A stretch of DNA of 59,017 nt from an uncultured Pelagibacteraceae bacterium (GCA_902590125.1 CACIVL010000001.1:1-59017); one strand, 5' to 3'. Positions 30,370-40,107 are shown, counted from the first letter of the stretch. Notes: generated by a model not told the origin, from the letters alone. Made by a program: numbers and translations.

Positions 30370-31617
30370 ATGAAAGAGCAAGTTCAAACAGATTTTGATA
30401 AAATAACAAAAACATCAGGTTTTTCTGAAAGAAAAATTAAATTAAAAAAAGATTATTTAAACAAATTCATAAAAAATGGTTTTCCAAATAGAAAACATGA
30501 AAATTGGAAGTTCTCGGATATAAGTCAAATTATTCAAAAGAATATTGGAGAACTAAGTTTTTATAATGATTATTCATCTCTCAATAAAGTTAATACTTCT
30601 GTTTTTGTTGATGAATTAGAACATAACAAAATTGTTTTTATAAATGGCAGAATAGAAAAAATCGACTTTGATTATGAGGATAAAGACAAAATTGAAATTA
30701 ATGATGACTCTAACTTAGATAATACAGCAAGTAATGATAATTCTTTAATTGATTTAAACAATGCATTTACAAACAAGTATTATAAAATTTTAATTAAAAA
30801 AGATTATTTCCTAAAAAAACCATTAATAGTCTATCATACAACAAATAAAAAAATTAAATCTAAAAATGTTAATTTAAGATTAGAATTTCAATTAGAGCAA
30901 AATAGTTCTTTAAGGCTAATTGATTTATTTAATGACATTGGAGAAAAAAATTTTATAAATATTTTTTATAATTTTGATTTAAAAAAAGATGCTATTTTAA
31001 AAAATTATAAAATTGACAAAATACAAAACAAAAATATAAAATATTCTTTCAATAACATTGAACAAGATGCCAACAGTGTTTCAGAAACATTTATTTTATC
31101 GTCAGGATCTATTTTTTTAAAAAATGAGATTAATTGCAATTTAAAGGGAAAATATTCATCAGCTTTTGTTAACGGTATTTTTTCACTAAAGAATGAGCAG
31201 CATCATGAAATTAGAACAATAATTAATCATTTGGCTGAAAATACAAAAAGTTATCAATTAATCAAAAGTGTTCTTGGAAAAGATTCTAAAGCAGTATATC
31301 AAGGCAAAATATTTGTTAATTCAGAAGCTCAAAAAACAGACGGTTATCAGTTAAGCAAAGCAATATTATTGGATGAATCTTCTGAATTTAACGCTAAACC
31401 AGAATTAGAGATTTATGCTGATGACGTTAAATGTTCTCATGGTTCAGCTTCTGGAAGCCTTGACGAAAGTTCAATATTTTATTTAATGTCTAGAGGTCTT
31501 AGCTATCAACAATCAAAAGAACTTTTGATTAATGGATTTTTACTTGATGTATTTGAGAAGATTACTGACTCTGAAGTAAAAAATTTAATTAAGAATATGA
31601 TTGGATTAAAAGAATGA
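30370..31617 (+). CDS. sufD: Fe-S cluster assembly protein SufD
   Basis: ENWKFSD, AQKTDGYQ, KPELEIYADDVKCSHG, FYLMSRG. Confidence 0.93.
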   Translation: MKEQVQTDFDKITKTSGFSERKIKLKKDYLNKFIKNGFPNRKHENWKFSDISQIIQKNIGELSFYNDYSSLNKVNTSVFVDELEHNKIVFINGRIEKIDFDYEDKDKIEINDDSNLDNTASNDNSLIDLNNAFTNKYYKILIKKDYFLKKPLIVYHTTNKKIKSKNVNLRLEFQLEQNSSLRLIDLFNDIGEKNFINIFYNFDLKKDAILKNYKIDKIQNKNIKYSFNNIEQDANSVSETFILSSGSIFLKNEINCNLKGKYSSAFVNGIFSLKNEQHHEIRTIINHLAENTKSYQLIKSVLGKDSKAVYQGKIFVNSEAQKTDGYQLSKAILLDESSEFNAKPELEIYADDVKCSHGSASGSLDESSIFYLMSRGLSYQQSKELLINGFLLDVFEKITDSEVKNLIKNMIGLKE

Positions 31618-32834
31618 ATATAGATACAATTAAAAAAGAGTTTCCTATTTTTGATGAAAAAATTCAAAATAATGATCTTGTATATTTAGATAGTGCAAAT
31701 TCTTCACAGAAACCAAAAGTAGTTTTAGATAGAATTAATGAGTTTTATAGAAAACAATTCTCTAATGTAGGTAGAAGTGTTCATTATTTAGCAGTTGCAG
31801 CTACTAATTTGTATGAAAATACAAGGTCTTCAGTTCAAAAATATATCAATGCAAAGGATAAAAATGAAATTGTTTTTACAAAGGGAGCCACTGAAGCATT
31901 AAACTTAGTAGCAAACACTTTAGGCCAAATGATTTTAGAACCTAATGATGAAGTGATAATTACAGAATTAGAACATCATTCAAATTATGTACCATGGCAT
32001 TTTTTAAGAAAATCAAAGAATATAAAAATAAAATTTGCAGAAATTAATGAAGATGGAGATGTTCCAATTGAAAATATTGAAAAAGAAATAACAAATAAAA
32101 CAAAAGTAATAGCTATCACTCATTTATCAAATGTAACCGGTTCAATACTTCCAATTAAAGAAATCACACAGCTTGCTCACTCAAAAGGAATTATTGTTGT
32201 AGTTGATGGGTGCCAAGGTGGACCACATTTAAAGTTAGATATGCAAGATCTGGATTGTGATTTTTATGCAATCTCATGTCACAAAATGTATGGACCAACA
32301 GGACTTGGCGTTTTGTATGGAAAAAAGAAATGGCTTGAACAACTCCCTCCTTATCAAGGTGGTGGTGGCATGATTAGAGAAGTTAAAAAAAATGGCATTT
32401 CTTATGGAGATCTTCCAAATAAGTATGAAGCAGGGACAATGGCAACAGCCCAAGTTATTGCTTTTGATCAATCAATAAAATTTTTAGAAAGTATCGGTAT
32501 TGATAATGTAATTGAGCATGAAAAAAAATTGATTGAATATGGCCAAGAAATTATACAAAAAAATAATTCTGTAAAATTAATTGGCAATCCAAAAAATCGC
32601 GGTGGAGTATTATCTTTTACTATTGATGGCATTCATCCCCACGATATTGCAACCATACTAGATGAAGATGGAGTGGCAATTAGAGCTGGTCATCATTGTT
32701 GTCAAATATTGCACGATAAGTTAGGCATTCCTGCTAGTGCAAGAGCTTCTTTAGGAATTTATAATACTAAAAATGATTTAGATAAATTAAATGATGCAAT
32801 AAATAATTGTAAAAAAATTTTTGATTTAAAATGA
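31614..32834 (+). CDS. sufS: Cysteine desulfurase, SufS type
   Basis: YLDSANSSQKP, EHHSN, SCHKMYGPTG (PLP Lys), RAGHHC. Confidence 0.95.
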   Translation: MNIDTIKKEFPIFDEKIQNNDLVYLDSANSSQKPKVVLDRINEFYRKQFSNVGRSVHYLAVAATNLYENTRSSVQKYINAKDKNEIVFTKGATEALNLVANTLGQMILEPNDEVIITELEHHSNYVPWHFLRKSKNIKIKFAEINEDGDVPIENIEKEITNKTKVIAITHLSNVTGSILPIKEITQLAHSKGIIVVVDGCQGGPHLKLDMQDLDCDFYAISCHKMYGPTGLGVLYGKKKWLEQLPPYQGGGGMIREVKKNGISYGDLPNKYEAGTMATAQVIAFDQSIKFLESIGIDNVIEHEKKLIEYGQEIIQKNNSVKLIGNPKNRGGVLSFTIDGIHPHDIATILDEDGVAIRAGHHCCQILHDKLGIPASARASLGIYNTKNDLDKLNDAINNCKKIFDLK

Positions 32835-33301
32835 ACTTGAAAGAACTATATCAAGAAATCATCCTTGAGCATGGAAAAAATCCGAGAAATATAGGAAAGA
32901 CTGAAAATTTTAATAAAGATGCCAAAGGACATAATCCCCTTTGTGGTGATAGCGTTCATGTTTATCTTAAATTAGATAATAAAAATAAAGTAGAAGATGT
33001 ATCTTTTGAAGGTAGTGGCTGTGCAATTTCGATGGCATCAGCTTCTATTATGACAGATCTGGTAAAAGGCAAAGAAGAAAATGAAGTTAGAGAAATTATA
33101 AATGATTTTTTAGGAATGATTAAAATAAACCCTAATTTAAAATCAAAAAATTTGAATGATGATGAAAAAACTAAACTAATGTGTTTATCTGGAGTAAAAC
33201 AATATCCAATGAGAGTAAAATGTGCTACATTGTCTTGGCATACTTTAATATCTGCTATAGATAATAAAAACGAAGAAATTAATACAGAAAAATTTGATTA
33301 A
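32831..33301 (+). CDS. sufU: SufU-type Fe-S assembly/sulfur-transfer protein
   Basis: NPLCGD, GCAISMAS, RVKCATL, with the SufU insertion between Cys2 and Cys3. Confidence 0.9.
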   Translation: MNLKELYQEIILEHGKNPRNIGKTENFNKDAKGHNPLCGDSVHVYLKLDNKNKVEDVSFEGSGCAISMASASIMTDLVKGKEENEVREIINDFLGMIKINPNLKSKNLNDDEKTKLMCLSGVKQYPMRVKCATLSWHTLISAIDNKNEEINTEKFD

Positions 33302-33303
33302 AT

Positions 33304-33603
33304 ATGAATTTAAAAGAAAAAATTATTGCTGAAATAAAAAAGATTTATGATCCAGAAATTCCAGTAAATATTTATGAACTTGGATTAATTTATGACATTA
33401 AAGTTGATAAAGAAAATAATGTTAAAGTAAATATGACTTTAACAACTCCTAATTGCCCTGTAGCTGAAAGTTTGCCGAAAGAGGTAAAAGACAGTATAAT
33501 GGAAATTAAAGAGGTTAATAAAGTTGATCTTGACTTAGTTTGGGATCCACCTTGGAATAAAGATATGATGTCAGAGTCAGCAAAACTGGAGTTAAATTTA
33601 TAA
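33304..33603 (+). CDS. sufT: DUF59 Fe-S assembly protein
   Basis: DPEIPVNIYELGLIY, MTLTTPNCP, WDPPW. Confidence 0.9.
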   Translation: MNLKEKIIAEIKKIYDPEIPVNIYELGLIYDIKVDKENNVKVNMTLTTPNCPVAESLPKEVKDSIMEIKEVNKVDLDLVWDPPWNKDMMSESAKLELNL

Positions 33604-33935
33604 TGAAACAAGTAATAACTTTAAGTGATAATGCGGCAAATAGAATTAAAGAGATCATGTCAAAAGATCAAAATAAATCAATAGGAGTAAGAGTAGGAGT
33701 TAAGTCGGGAGGATGTGCCGGCATGTCCTATGATATGGAATATGCAAAAGAAATTAACCCTAATGATGAAGTTATTGAAGATAAGGGAGTTAAGGTTTTT
33801 GTAGATTCATCAGCTATAATGTATCTGCTAGGCACAGAAATGGATTATAAAAAAGATAAATTCTCTTCTTCATTTGTCTTTAAAAACCCCAATGAAACTG
33901 AGCGTTGTGGATGCGGAGAGTCTTTTAAAATCTAA
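33603..33935 (+). CDS. sufA: A-type Fe-S carrier (SufA/IscA)
   Basis: GGCAGMSY and CGCGESF. Confidence 0.9.
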   Translation: MKQVITLSDNAANRIKEIMSKDQNKSIGVRVGVKSGGCAGMSYDMEYAKEINPNDEVIEDKGVKVFVDSSAIMYLLGTEMDYKKDKFSSSFVFKNPNETERCGCGESFKI

Positions 33936-33942
33936 TACTGTA

Positions 33943-33971
33943 TTGCTGTATAATTAATACTTATATATAAT
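33943..33971 (+). promoter_or_regulatory. Putative sigma70 promoter for the 62-aa ORF
   Basis: TTGCTG (33943-33948), 17 bp spacer, TATAAT (33966-33971); ATG 8 bp downstream. Confidence 0.5.
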
Positions 33972-33979
33972 GTAGCATT

Positions 33980-34168
33980 ATGAGAGATAAGAAGCATTTA
34001 GTTCATCATTCTAATAAGTTGGCAGAGAAAGCCAAAGAAAAAGCTCTGTTTAGAACACAGCGAAAACCCGTTGAAGCTGGAGCTCATGGTACACTTAGCT
34101 ACAAAATCAAAAAAGGTGTTAATAAAAATAAAATTGCCGACGAAAAAATACTAAAAAGTAAAAATTAA
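33980..34168 (+). CDS. Small basic hypothetical protein
   Basis: 62 aa Lys/His-rich ORF filling the gap between sufA and glnA, with a promoter-like element upstream. Confidence 0.6.
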   Translation: MRDKKHLVHHSNKLAEKAKEKALFRTQRKPVEAGAHGTLSYKIKKGVNKNKIADEKILKSKN

Positions 34169-34174
34169 TTAATT

Positions 34175-35581
34175 TTAAGAGCTGTAATACATTTCAAACT
34201 CCATTGGATGAGGAGTATGTTCAAGTTTGTAAATTTCCTCAAATTTTAGAGCAATGTAAGCGTCTATTTGATCATCAGAAAATACATTGCCTTGTTTTAG
34301 GAAATCTCTATCTCTATCCAAGCTTTCCATTGCTTCTCTTAAAGAACCACAAACTGTAGGAATTCTTTTTACTTTACTTTCATCTAAAGCATACAAATCT
34401 TCATCAAGTGGTTTGCCTGGATCAATTTTATTCTTAATTCCATCTAGTCCTGCCATTAACATTGAAGCAAAAGTTAAATAAGGATTACCTGAAGCGTCAG
34501 GAAATCTTATTTCACATCTTGCACCATTTTTATTTAATGCAATAGGTATTCGGCATGAAGCAGATCTATTTCTTGCGGAATATACTAATAATACAGGAGC
34601 TTCAAAACCAGGAATTAATCTTTTATAGCTATTTGTTGCAGCATTTGAAAAAGCATTTATAGCTTTTGCATGTTTTAATATGCCACCAATGTAGTGTAAA
34701 GCAGTAGTAGATAATCCTGCATATTTATTTCCTGAGAATATTGGAGTTTTTCCTTTCCAAATAGATTGATGTGTATGCATTCCTGAACCATTATCTCCTT
34801 TTACGGGCTTTGGCATAAATGTTGCAGTTTTTCCAAATGAATGCGAAACCATTTGAACTACATATTTATAAAGTTGAACATTGTCAGCTTGATCAACTAA
34901 TGTTCCAAAATACATTCCAAGTTCGTGTTGACTTGGTGCTACTTCATGGTGATGTTTTTCAACTTTAATTCCAACATCTCTTAGTCCTTTTAAATATTCT
35001 CCACGCATGTCTTGTGCACTATCAACTGGTGGAACTGGAAAATATCCTCCTTTAATTCCTGGACGATGACCTGTATTACCGTTTTCATATCTTCTTCCAG
35101 TATTATAAGGTCCTTCTATACTATCAATTTTAAAACTTGTTTCATTCATGTCATTTTTATATCTAACGTCGTCAAATACAAAAAATTCTGGTTCTGGTCC
35201 AAAATAGGCTTTATCTCCAATACCTGTAGATTTTAAATAAGCTTCAGCTTTCTTAGCTATTCCTCTTGGGTCTCTTTCATAAGGAGTTTTTTTGACAGCG
35301 TCTAAAATATCGCAAAATAGCACGAGCGTATTATGTGAAGTAAATGGGTCAATTACTTTTCTGTTTAGGTCTGGTTTTAAAATCATGTCAGACTCGTTTA
35401 TTGCTTTCCAACCAGCAATAGAAGAACCATCAAAGAAGACACCATTATTTAGCATTTCATCATCAACTATTGTCGCATCCATAGTTAAATGCTGTAATTT
35501 TCCTCTTGGATCTGTAAATCTCAAGTCTACATATTCAACTTCCTTGTCTTTCATCAGTTTTAAAACTTGAGTCGCGCTCAT
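34175..35581 (-). CDS. glnA: Glutamine synthetase type I
   Basis: FDGSSI, GPEPEFF, HHHEVA, KPVKGDNGSGMH, NRSASCRIP, EIRFPD. Confidence 0.97.
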   Translation of the reverse strand: MSATQVLKLMKDKEVEYVDLRFTDPRGKLQHLTMDATIVDDEMLNNGVFFDGSSIAGWKAINESDMILKPDLNRKVIDPFTSHNTLVLFCDILDAVKKTPYERDPRGIAKKAEAYLKSTGIGDKAYFGPEPEFFVFDDVRYKNDMNETSFKIDSIEGPYNTGRRYENGNTGHRPGIKGGYFPVPPVDSAQDMRGEYLKGLRDVGIKVEKHHHEVAPSQHELGMYFGTLVDQADNVQLYKYVVQMVSHSFGKTATFMPKPVKGDNGSGMHTHQSIWKGKTPIFSGNKYAGLSTTALHYIGGILKHAKAINAFSNAATNSYKRLIPGFEAPVLLVYSARNRSASCRIPIALNKNGARCEIRFPDASGNPYLTFASMLMAGLDGIKNKIDPGKPLDEDLYALDESKVKRIPTVCGSLREAMESLDRDRDFLKQGNVFSDDQIDAYIALKFEEIYKLEHTPHPMEFEMYYSS

Positions 35582-35734
35582 ATTTTTTCCTACTAAATTT
35601 TGTTAGTTTTTAATATCAAAAAATTATAGATTAATATTGTTTATTATAAAGATATCACCTATGCATTCCACACATAGATAAATGGTCATTAAAATGAAAT
35701 TATCAATTCACAAATTGTTACAATTATTAGTTGA

Positions 35735-36214
35735 ATGGAAAATTTGTTAAACAAAGAATCGGTTCAAAGAGTTGTCAAAGTTCTAAATAATTTTGATGAT
35801 TCACTAAAAGTAGAAGTACTAAATAGTTCAGCACGAACAGCAAAAGATGCAGCTATATCACTAAAATGTGAAGTTGGAGCTATAGTTAAAAGTTTACTTT
35901 TAAGAACAGAAAATAATTTTATTTTATGCTTAGTTTCAGGCGATATGAGATGTTCATTAAATAAAGTAAAGAAAATATTGAATTTAAAAGATGTTTCAAT
36001 GGCAGATGCTGAGCAAGTTAAAATCCAAACTGGCTTTTCAATAGGAGGAGTTTCGCCAGTAGCTCATTTAAATAATAGTAAAATATTAATTGATACTTCA
36101 TTATCTCGATATGAACATGTCTATGCAGCCGCAGGTCATCCTAATACAATTTTTAAGATTAGTTACAAAAAATTAATTAAACTTACAGAAGGAATTGAAA
36201 AGGAGATTGTATAG
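35735..36214 (+). CDS. YbaK/EbsC family aminoacyl-tRNA deacylase-like protein
   Basis: TAKDAA, IVKSL, TGFSIGGVSP, AAAG. Confidence 0.85.
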   Translation: MENLLNKESVQRVVKVLNNFDDSLKVEVLNSSARTAKDAAISLKCEVGAIVKSLLLRTENNFILCLVSGDMRCSLNKVKKILNLKDVSMADAEQVKIQTGFSIGGVSPVAHLNNSKILIDTSLSRYEHVYAAAGHPNTIFKISYKKLIKLTEGIEKEIV

Positions 36215-37107
36215 TGAGGGAACCAAAAATTATAGATTATGTTTTACTGACAACTTTAGCATTAATATGGGCCTCAGCTTTTTTTAATATTAAAATTGCA
36301 ACTTACTCTTATGGACCTGTTACAATTGCTTTTTTGAGAATTCTTTTTGGCGCTATTCCAGTAATTGGTCTATGTTTATATAAAAAAATAAAAATTGAAG
36401 CGTTTTCACAAGATTGGTATTGGTTTGCTTTAATTGGAATGGTAAACTTAGTTATTCCTTTTTTTTTAATAGCATATGGGGTTCAAAAGGTTCAAAGTAA
36501 TTTAGCTGCAATATTAATGGCAAGCACACCTTTGAGCGCTACTGTTTTAGCTCATTTTTTTACCAGTAATGAAAAAATTAATTTTACAAAAACACTTGGT
36601 GTTATGATTGGATTTTCAGGAATAGTTTTTCTTTTTTCAGATAATATTTTAGTTAATGAAAATAATTTTCTATCAGCATTAATTATTTTTTTTGCTTCAA
36701 CATTTTATGTAATAGGCGGTTTATTAACTCTTAAAATAAGTAATAAAAAAAATGAAAATGTGACAGCTTCAATACTAATATGGGGAGTCATATTTTTAAT
36801 TCCTATAACAGCTTTGACAGAAAAACCTTGGAGTTTAAACCCAAGCATTGATTCAACAATATCAGTTATCTATCTTGGGATATTTGCAACAGGGTTCGCT
36901 TGGTTACTTAGATTTAGAATATTAATAAACAATGGTTTGGTTTTTCAAGCTCAAGTTGCTTATTTAATTCCAATATTTGGAATAATATTAGGCTACATAT
37001 TTTTAAAAGAATTAATAACTCCAAAAATCCTAGTAGCAGTTGCTGCTGTAATTATTGGTATTTATTTTGTTAAAAAATCCAATATTAAAAAAATTACTTC
37101 AGTTTAG
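36214..37107 (+). CDS. EamA/DMT family transporter
   Basis: About 10 TM helices, IWASAF..IAFLRI, duplicated EamA pattern; GTG start. Confidence 0.88.
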   Translation: MREPKIIDYVLLTTLALIWASAFFNIKIATYSYGPVTIAFLRILFGAIPVIGLCLYKKIKIEAFSQDWYWFALIGMVNLVIPFFLIAYGVQKVQSNLAAILMASTPLSATVLAHFFTSNEKINFTKTLGVMIGFSGIVFLFSDNILVNENNFLSALIIFFASTFYVIGGLLTLKISNKKNENVTASILIWGVIFLIPITALTEKPWSLNPSIDSTISVIYLGIFATGFAWLLRFRILINNGLVFQAQVAYLIPIFGIILGYIFLKELITPKILVAVAAVIIGIYFVKKSNIKKITSV

Positions 37108-38008
37108 ATATTTCTTTTATATGTGATGGCCTTATTTCACAGCATCCACCTAAAATTGTAGCGCCATTTTCTTTAAACTTTTTTGCACATTCATAAAATC
37201 TAGATTCATTTAAGTCAGTATTTTTTCCCAGAACAGTCGTAGGGTTACCTGCATTTCCCCATTCATCTTTAGTAGCAACAGTATAACCTTTAGGTATTTT
37301 TTTAAATGCATTTAACTTAAATCCATATGGTATATTTATTTTTTTTAAATCATTAATAACCAACTCATATGCTGTAGGAGAAATACAAGCCATGATAATT
37401 CCAATCCAATTTTTGTTTTTATATTTTTTAAAAATATCTACGATTTTTTCATCAGAAGGAAGTTGACCATTATCTCTTAAGTGAATACCAACCAAAACTG
37501 GTAAATTATGAGTTTCGATTGATTTAAGTGCAATTTCACATTCTAATCCACTGCTCATTACGTCTAGATAAAAAAAATCAATTCCATTTTTAAGAAGTTT
37601 AGCTTGGTCGTAAAAATTTTTTTCTATTAAATTAAGATCTTTTCCTAAATCGGCAGTATAAGTTTGTTTCTGATTAGGTAAGCCCCCTGCAATCAAAATC
37701 TCCTTTTTTGAGATATCCCTTGCTTTTTGAGCTAGCTCAACAGCTTTAATATTTATTTTTTCAAAATATTTTTCACAATCATTCTGTACTAATCTATTTC
37801 TTCGAGCAGTAAATGTTGAGGTAACTATTACTTCGGCACCAGCATTTATAAAATCTAAATGAGTATCAATTACCAATTGATGGTAATTTTCATCAATTAA
37901 AGCATGAGCAGACCACAAGGTTCCTTTTGGTTTTAATCCTTTATTAAGTAGTTCTTGACCCATACCACCATCTAGAATTCTTGTTTTTTTAAAAAAATCT
38001 TTATTCAT
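37094..38008 (-). CDS. Homocysteine S-methyltransferase family protein
   Basis: ILDGGMGQEL, WSA, HLDFINAGA, Zn-binding Cys (MACISP) and GGCCEIRPSHI. Confidence 0.9.
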   Translation of the reverse strand: MNKDFFKKTRILDGGMGQELLNKGLKPKGTLWSAHALIDENYHQLVIDTHLDFINAGAEVIVTSTFTARRNRLVQNDCEKYFEKINIKAVELAQKARDISKKEILIAGGLPNQKQTYTADLGKDLNLIEKNFYDQAKLLKNGIDFFYLDVMSSGLECEIALKSIETHNLPVLVGIHLRDNGQLPSDEKIVDIFKKYKNKNWIGIIMACISPTAYELVINDLKKINIPYGFKLNAFKKIPKGYTVATKDEWGNAGNPTTVLGKNTDLNESRFYECAKKFKENGATILGGCCEIRPSHIKEISKLK

Positions 38009-38013
38009 AAATT

Positions 38014-38760
38014 TTATATAAATAATTTGTAAGCCATTCTCATTGCAACAAATAATACCAACCCAGATGTTATTAATGCTAGCATTCTTGTCGGAAATAT
38101 TTTTAAATTTAAAAAATTACCAATTTGTCCACCAATAATTACAGCTAAAAACAAGTACCAGTAATTTGACAAATTATTAAAAACTGCATTTTTTGTTAAC
38201 TGGCCAACTACTCCAGAAATAGAGTTAATAAGTATAAACAAAGAAGCAGCGGTAACTATATGTTTAGGTTTGGCTGCTTTAATTAAAAAAAGAACTGGGC
38301 TTAAAAATATTCCTCCACCTATTCCAACAACCCCAGAAACAAAACCTAATATTCCACCAATTGGAATAGAAATAAAAAAAGGGATATTTTTATAAGTTTT
38401 GTCTTCATCATCGTATGACCTGAAGTTTATTAGCAACATTATTCCAGCAAAAGTTAAAACTAAAAACAAAAAAAACTCGAATAGATTTTTTTCTACTGCT
38501 AAAGATCCTCCAATAAATGCCAAAGGTATTGACCCTATTAAATAAGGCAACAATAGTTTAAAATTTAAATTTCCAGCTTTTATATAATTATAACTATTTC
38601 CTGAAACCACAAAAATATTGCATACCAAAGCTATTATAGGAAAAATGTAATATGGTATTTCCCATATTAATAATAAAGCAAGGTAGGTAGATCCACCACC
38701 AAATCCAACACTGGCATATAATAATGCAGTTACAAAAAATAAAATTGATAATATAATCAT
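38014..38760 (-). CDS. TauE/SafE (TSUP) family membrane transporter
   Basis: YASVGFGGGSTY and SGVVGIGGGIFLSP; likely start is the ATG at 38760, since the longer ORF overlaps moaB. Confidence 0.88.
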   Translation of the reverse strand: MIILSILFFVTALLYASVGFGGGSTYLALLLIWEIPYYIFPIIALVCNIFVVSGNSYNYIKAGNLNFKLLLPYLIGSIPLAFIGGSLAVEKNLFEFFLFLVLTFAGIMLLINFRSYDDEDKTYKNIPFFISIPIGGILGFVSGVVGIGGGIFLSPVLFLIKAAKPKHIVTAASLFILINSISGVVGQLTKNAVFNNLSNYWYLFLAVIIGGQIGNFLNLKIFPTRMLALITSGLVLFVAMRMAYKLFI

Positions 38761-38770
38761 ATAAAAATTT

Positions 38771-39271
38771 ATGAAAGTTAATATAGCACTTCTGACTGTA
38801 ACCGACACAAGAACTTTAGATACAGATAAATCGGGAGGAATACTTGTTGAAAAAATTAAAAAAGCTAATCACAATTTAATTGATAGAAAAATTTGTAAAG
38901 ATAGCAAAGATGAAATTATTAACATTCTCAATCAATGGGTTGAAAAAAAAGAAATTGATGTAATTATAACAACAGGAGGCACTGGATTAACAGGAAGAGA
39001 TATTACTCCTGAGGCTCTTGATGAAATTGCGGATAAACATATCCCAGGTTTTGGAGAAGTTTTTAGATATTTAAGTTTAGAAACAGTAGGAACTTCTTCT
39101 ATTCAATCAAGAGCTTGTGCTGTTCTTTCAAAAGGCAAATATATATTTGCTTTACCAGGTTCTTCTGGAGGAGTTACTGATGCTTGGGATAAAATTTTAA
39201 TCCATCAGCTAGATATAAATCATAAACCTTGTAATTTTGTTGAATTGTTTCCTAGACTTAAAGAAAAGTGA
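38771..39271 (+). CDS. moaB: Molybdenum cofactor biosynthesis protein B
   Basis: LTVTDTR, DKSG, TTGGTGLTGRDITPEA, LPGS, PCNFVE. Confidence 0.92.
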   Translation: MKVNIALLTVTDTRTLDTDKSGGILVEKIKKANHNLIDRKICKDSKDEIINILNQWVEKKEIDVIITTGGTGLTGRDITPEALDEIADKHIPGFGEVFRYLSLETVGTSSIQSRACAVLSKGKYIFALPGSSGGVTDAWDKILIHQLDINHKPCNFVELFPRLKEK

Positions 39272-39517
39272 TTATTTTTGATATTTTTCTTTCCATTCAG
39301 AGTAAGGCATTCCATAAACATGTTTTCTTGCATCTGGATCAGAAATTTCAATACCTTTTTTTTCCGCTTCTTCTTTGTACCATTTAGACAAACAGTTTCT
39401 GCAAAATCCAGCTAAATTCATTAAATCAATATTTTGTACATCTTTTCGACTTCTTAAATGATTTATTAATCTTTCAAAAGCAGCTGACTGTAATTCTTTT
39501 TTAGTATTATCATCCAT
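39272..39517 (-). CDS. DUF1244 family protein
   Basis: DVQNIDLMNLAGFCRNCLSKWY and YGMPYSEWK. Confidence 0.85.
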   Translation of the reverse strand: MDDNTKKELQSAAFERLINHLRSRKDVQNIDLMNLAGFCRNCLSKWYKEEAEKKGIEISDPDARKHVYGMPYSEWKEKYQK

Positions 39518-39540
39518 ATAAATATGTGTTACTTTTTAGC

Positions 39541-40107
39541 ATGAAGCTTACAGGATCTTACCAAATTAATTTAGAAAAACAAAAAGTTTGGGAAGCTTTG
39601 AATAATCCAAAAATATTAAAAGAAGCTATACCTGGATGTGAAGAATTTAAAAAAAATTCTGATACAGAGTTTTCTGCAACTGCAACCAATAAAATTGGCC
39701 CATTTAATGCAAGTTTTACGGGCAATATAGAACTAAAAGATTTAAATCCACCTCATAGCTATAAGATTGTAGGATCAGGAAATTCACCAGTTGGTTTTGC
39801 TAACGGTGAAGCAGAAGTGAAGCTTGAAGATGAAAATGGTAAAACAAAACTTATTTATATAGTCGAAGCGAATGTAGGTGGCAAAATTGTACAAGTTGGT
39901 TCAAGATTAATTGACATGACAGCAAAAAAAATGGCAGATATTTTTTTTAGTAAATTTTCAGAATTAATTTCTGATAAATCAGAAATAATAAAAACTGAAA
40001 AAATTTCTGATGTCACGGTTCCACGTGAAAAGAAATCACTAAATAAAATATTAATTTATTCGTCTATCGTGATAATTGCTGCTCTTATTGTATATTCTAT
40101 AAGTTGA
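39541..40107 (+). CDS. coxG: CoxG-family (SRPBCC) protein with C-terminal membrane anchor
   Basis: VWEALN, IPGCE, VGGKIVQVGSRLID, terminal TM helix; ATG at 39541 preferred. Confidence 0.88.
   Translation: MKLTGSYQINLEKQKVWEALNNPKILKEAIPGCEEFKKNSDTEFSATATNKIGPFNASFTGNIELKDLNPPHSYKIVGSGNSPVGFANGEAEVKLEDENGKTKLIYIVEANVGGKIVQVGSRLIDMTAKKMADIFFSKFSELISDKSEIIKTEKISDVTVPREKKSLNKILIYSSIVIIAALIVYSIS

Noticed and set aside
35661-35680. Partial match to the tmoX-flanking motif upstream of glnA (TTCCACACATAGAT)
   Set aside because: There are too many mismatches and the palindrome is lost.
38009-38013. SAM-V or other riboswitch ahead of the homocysteine methyltransferase
   Set aside because: Only 5 bp separate it from the upstream gene; I recognised no SAM or glycine riboswitch here, before metF, or in 58749-58806.
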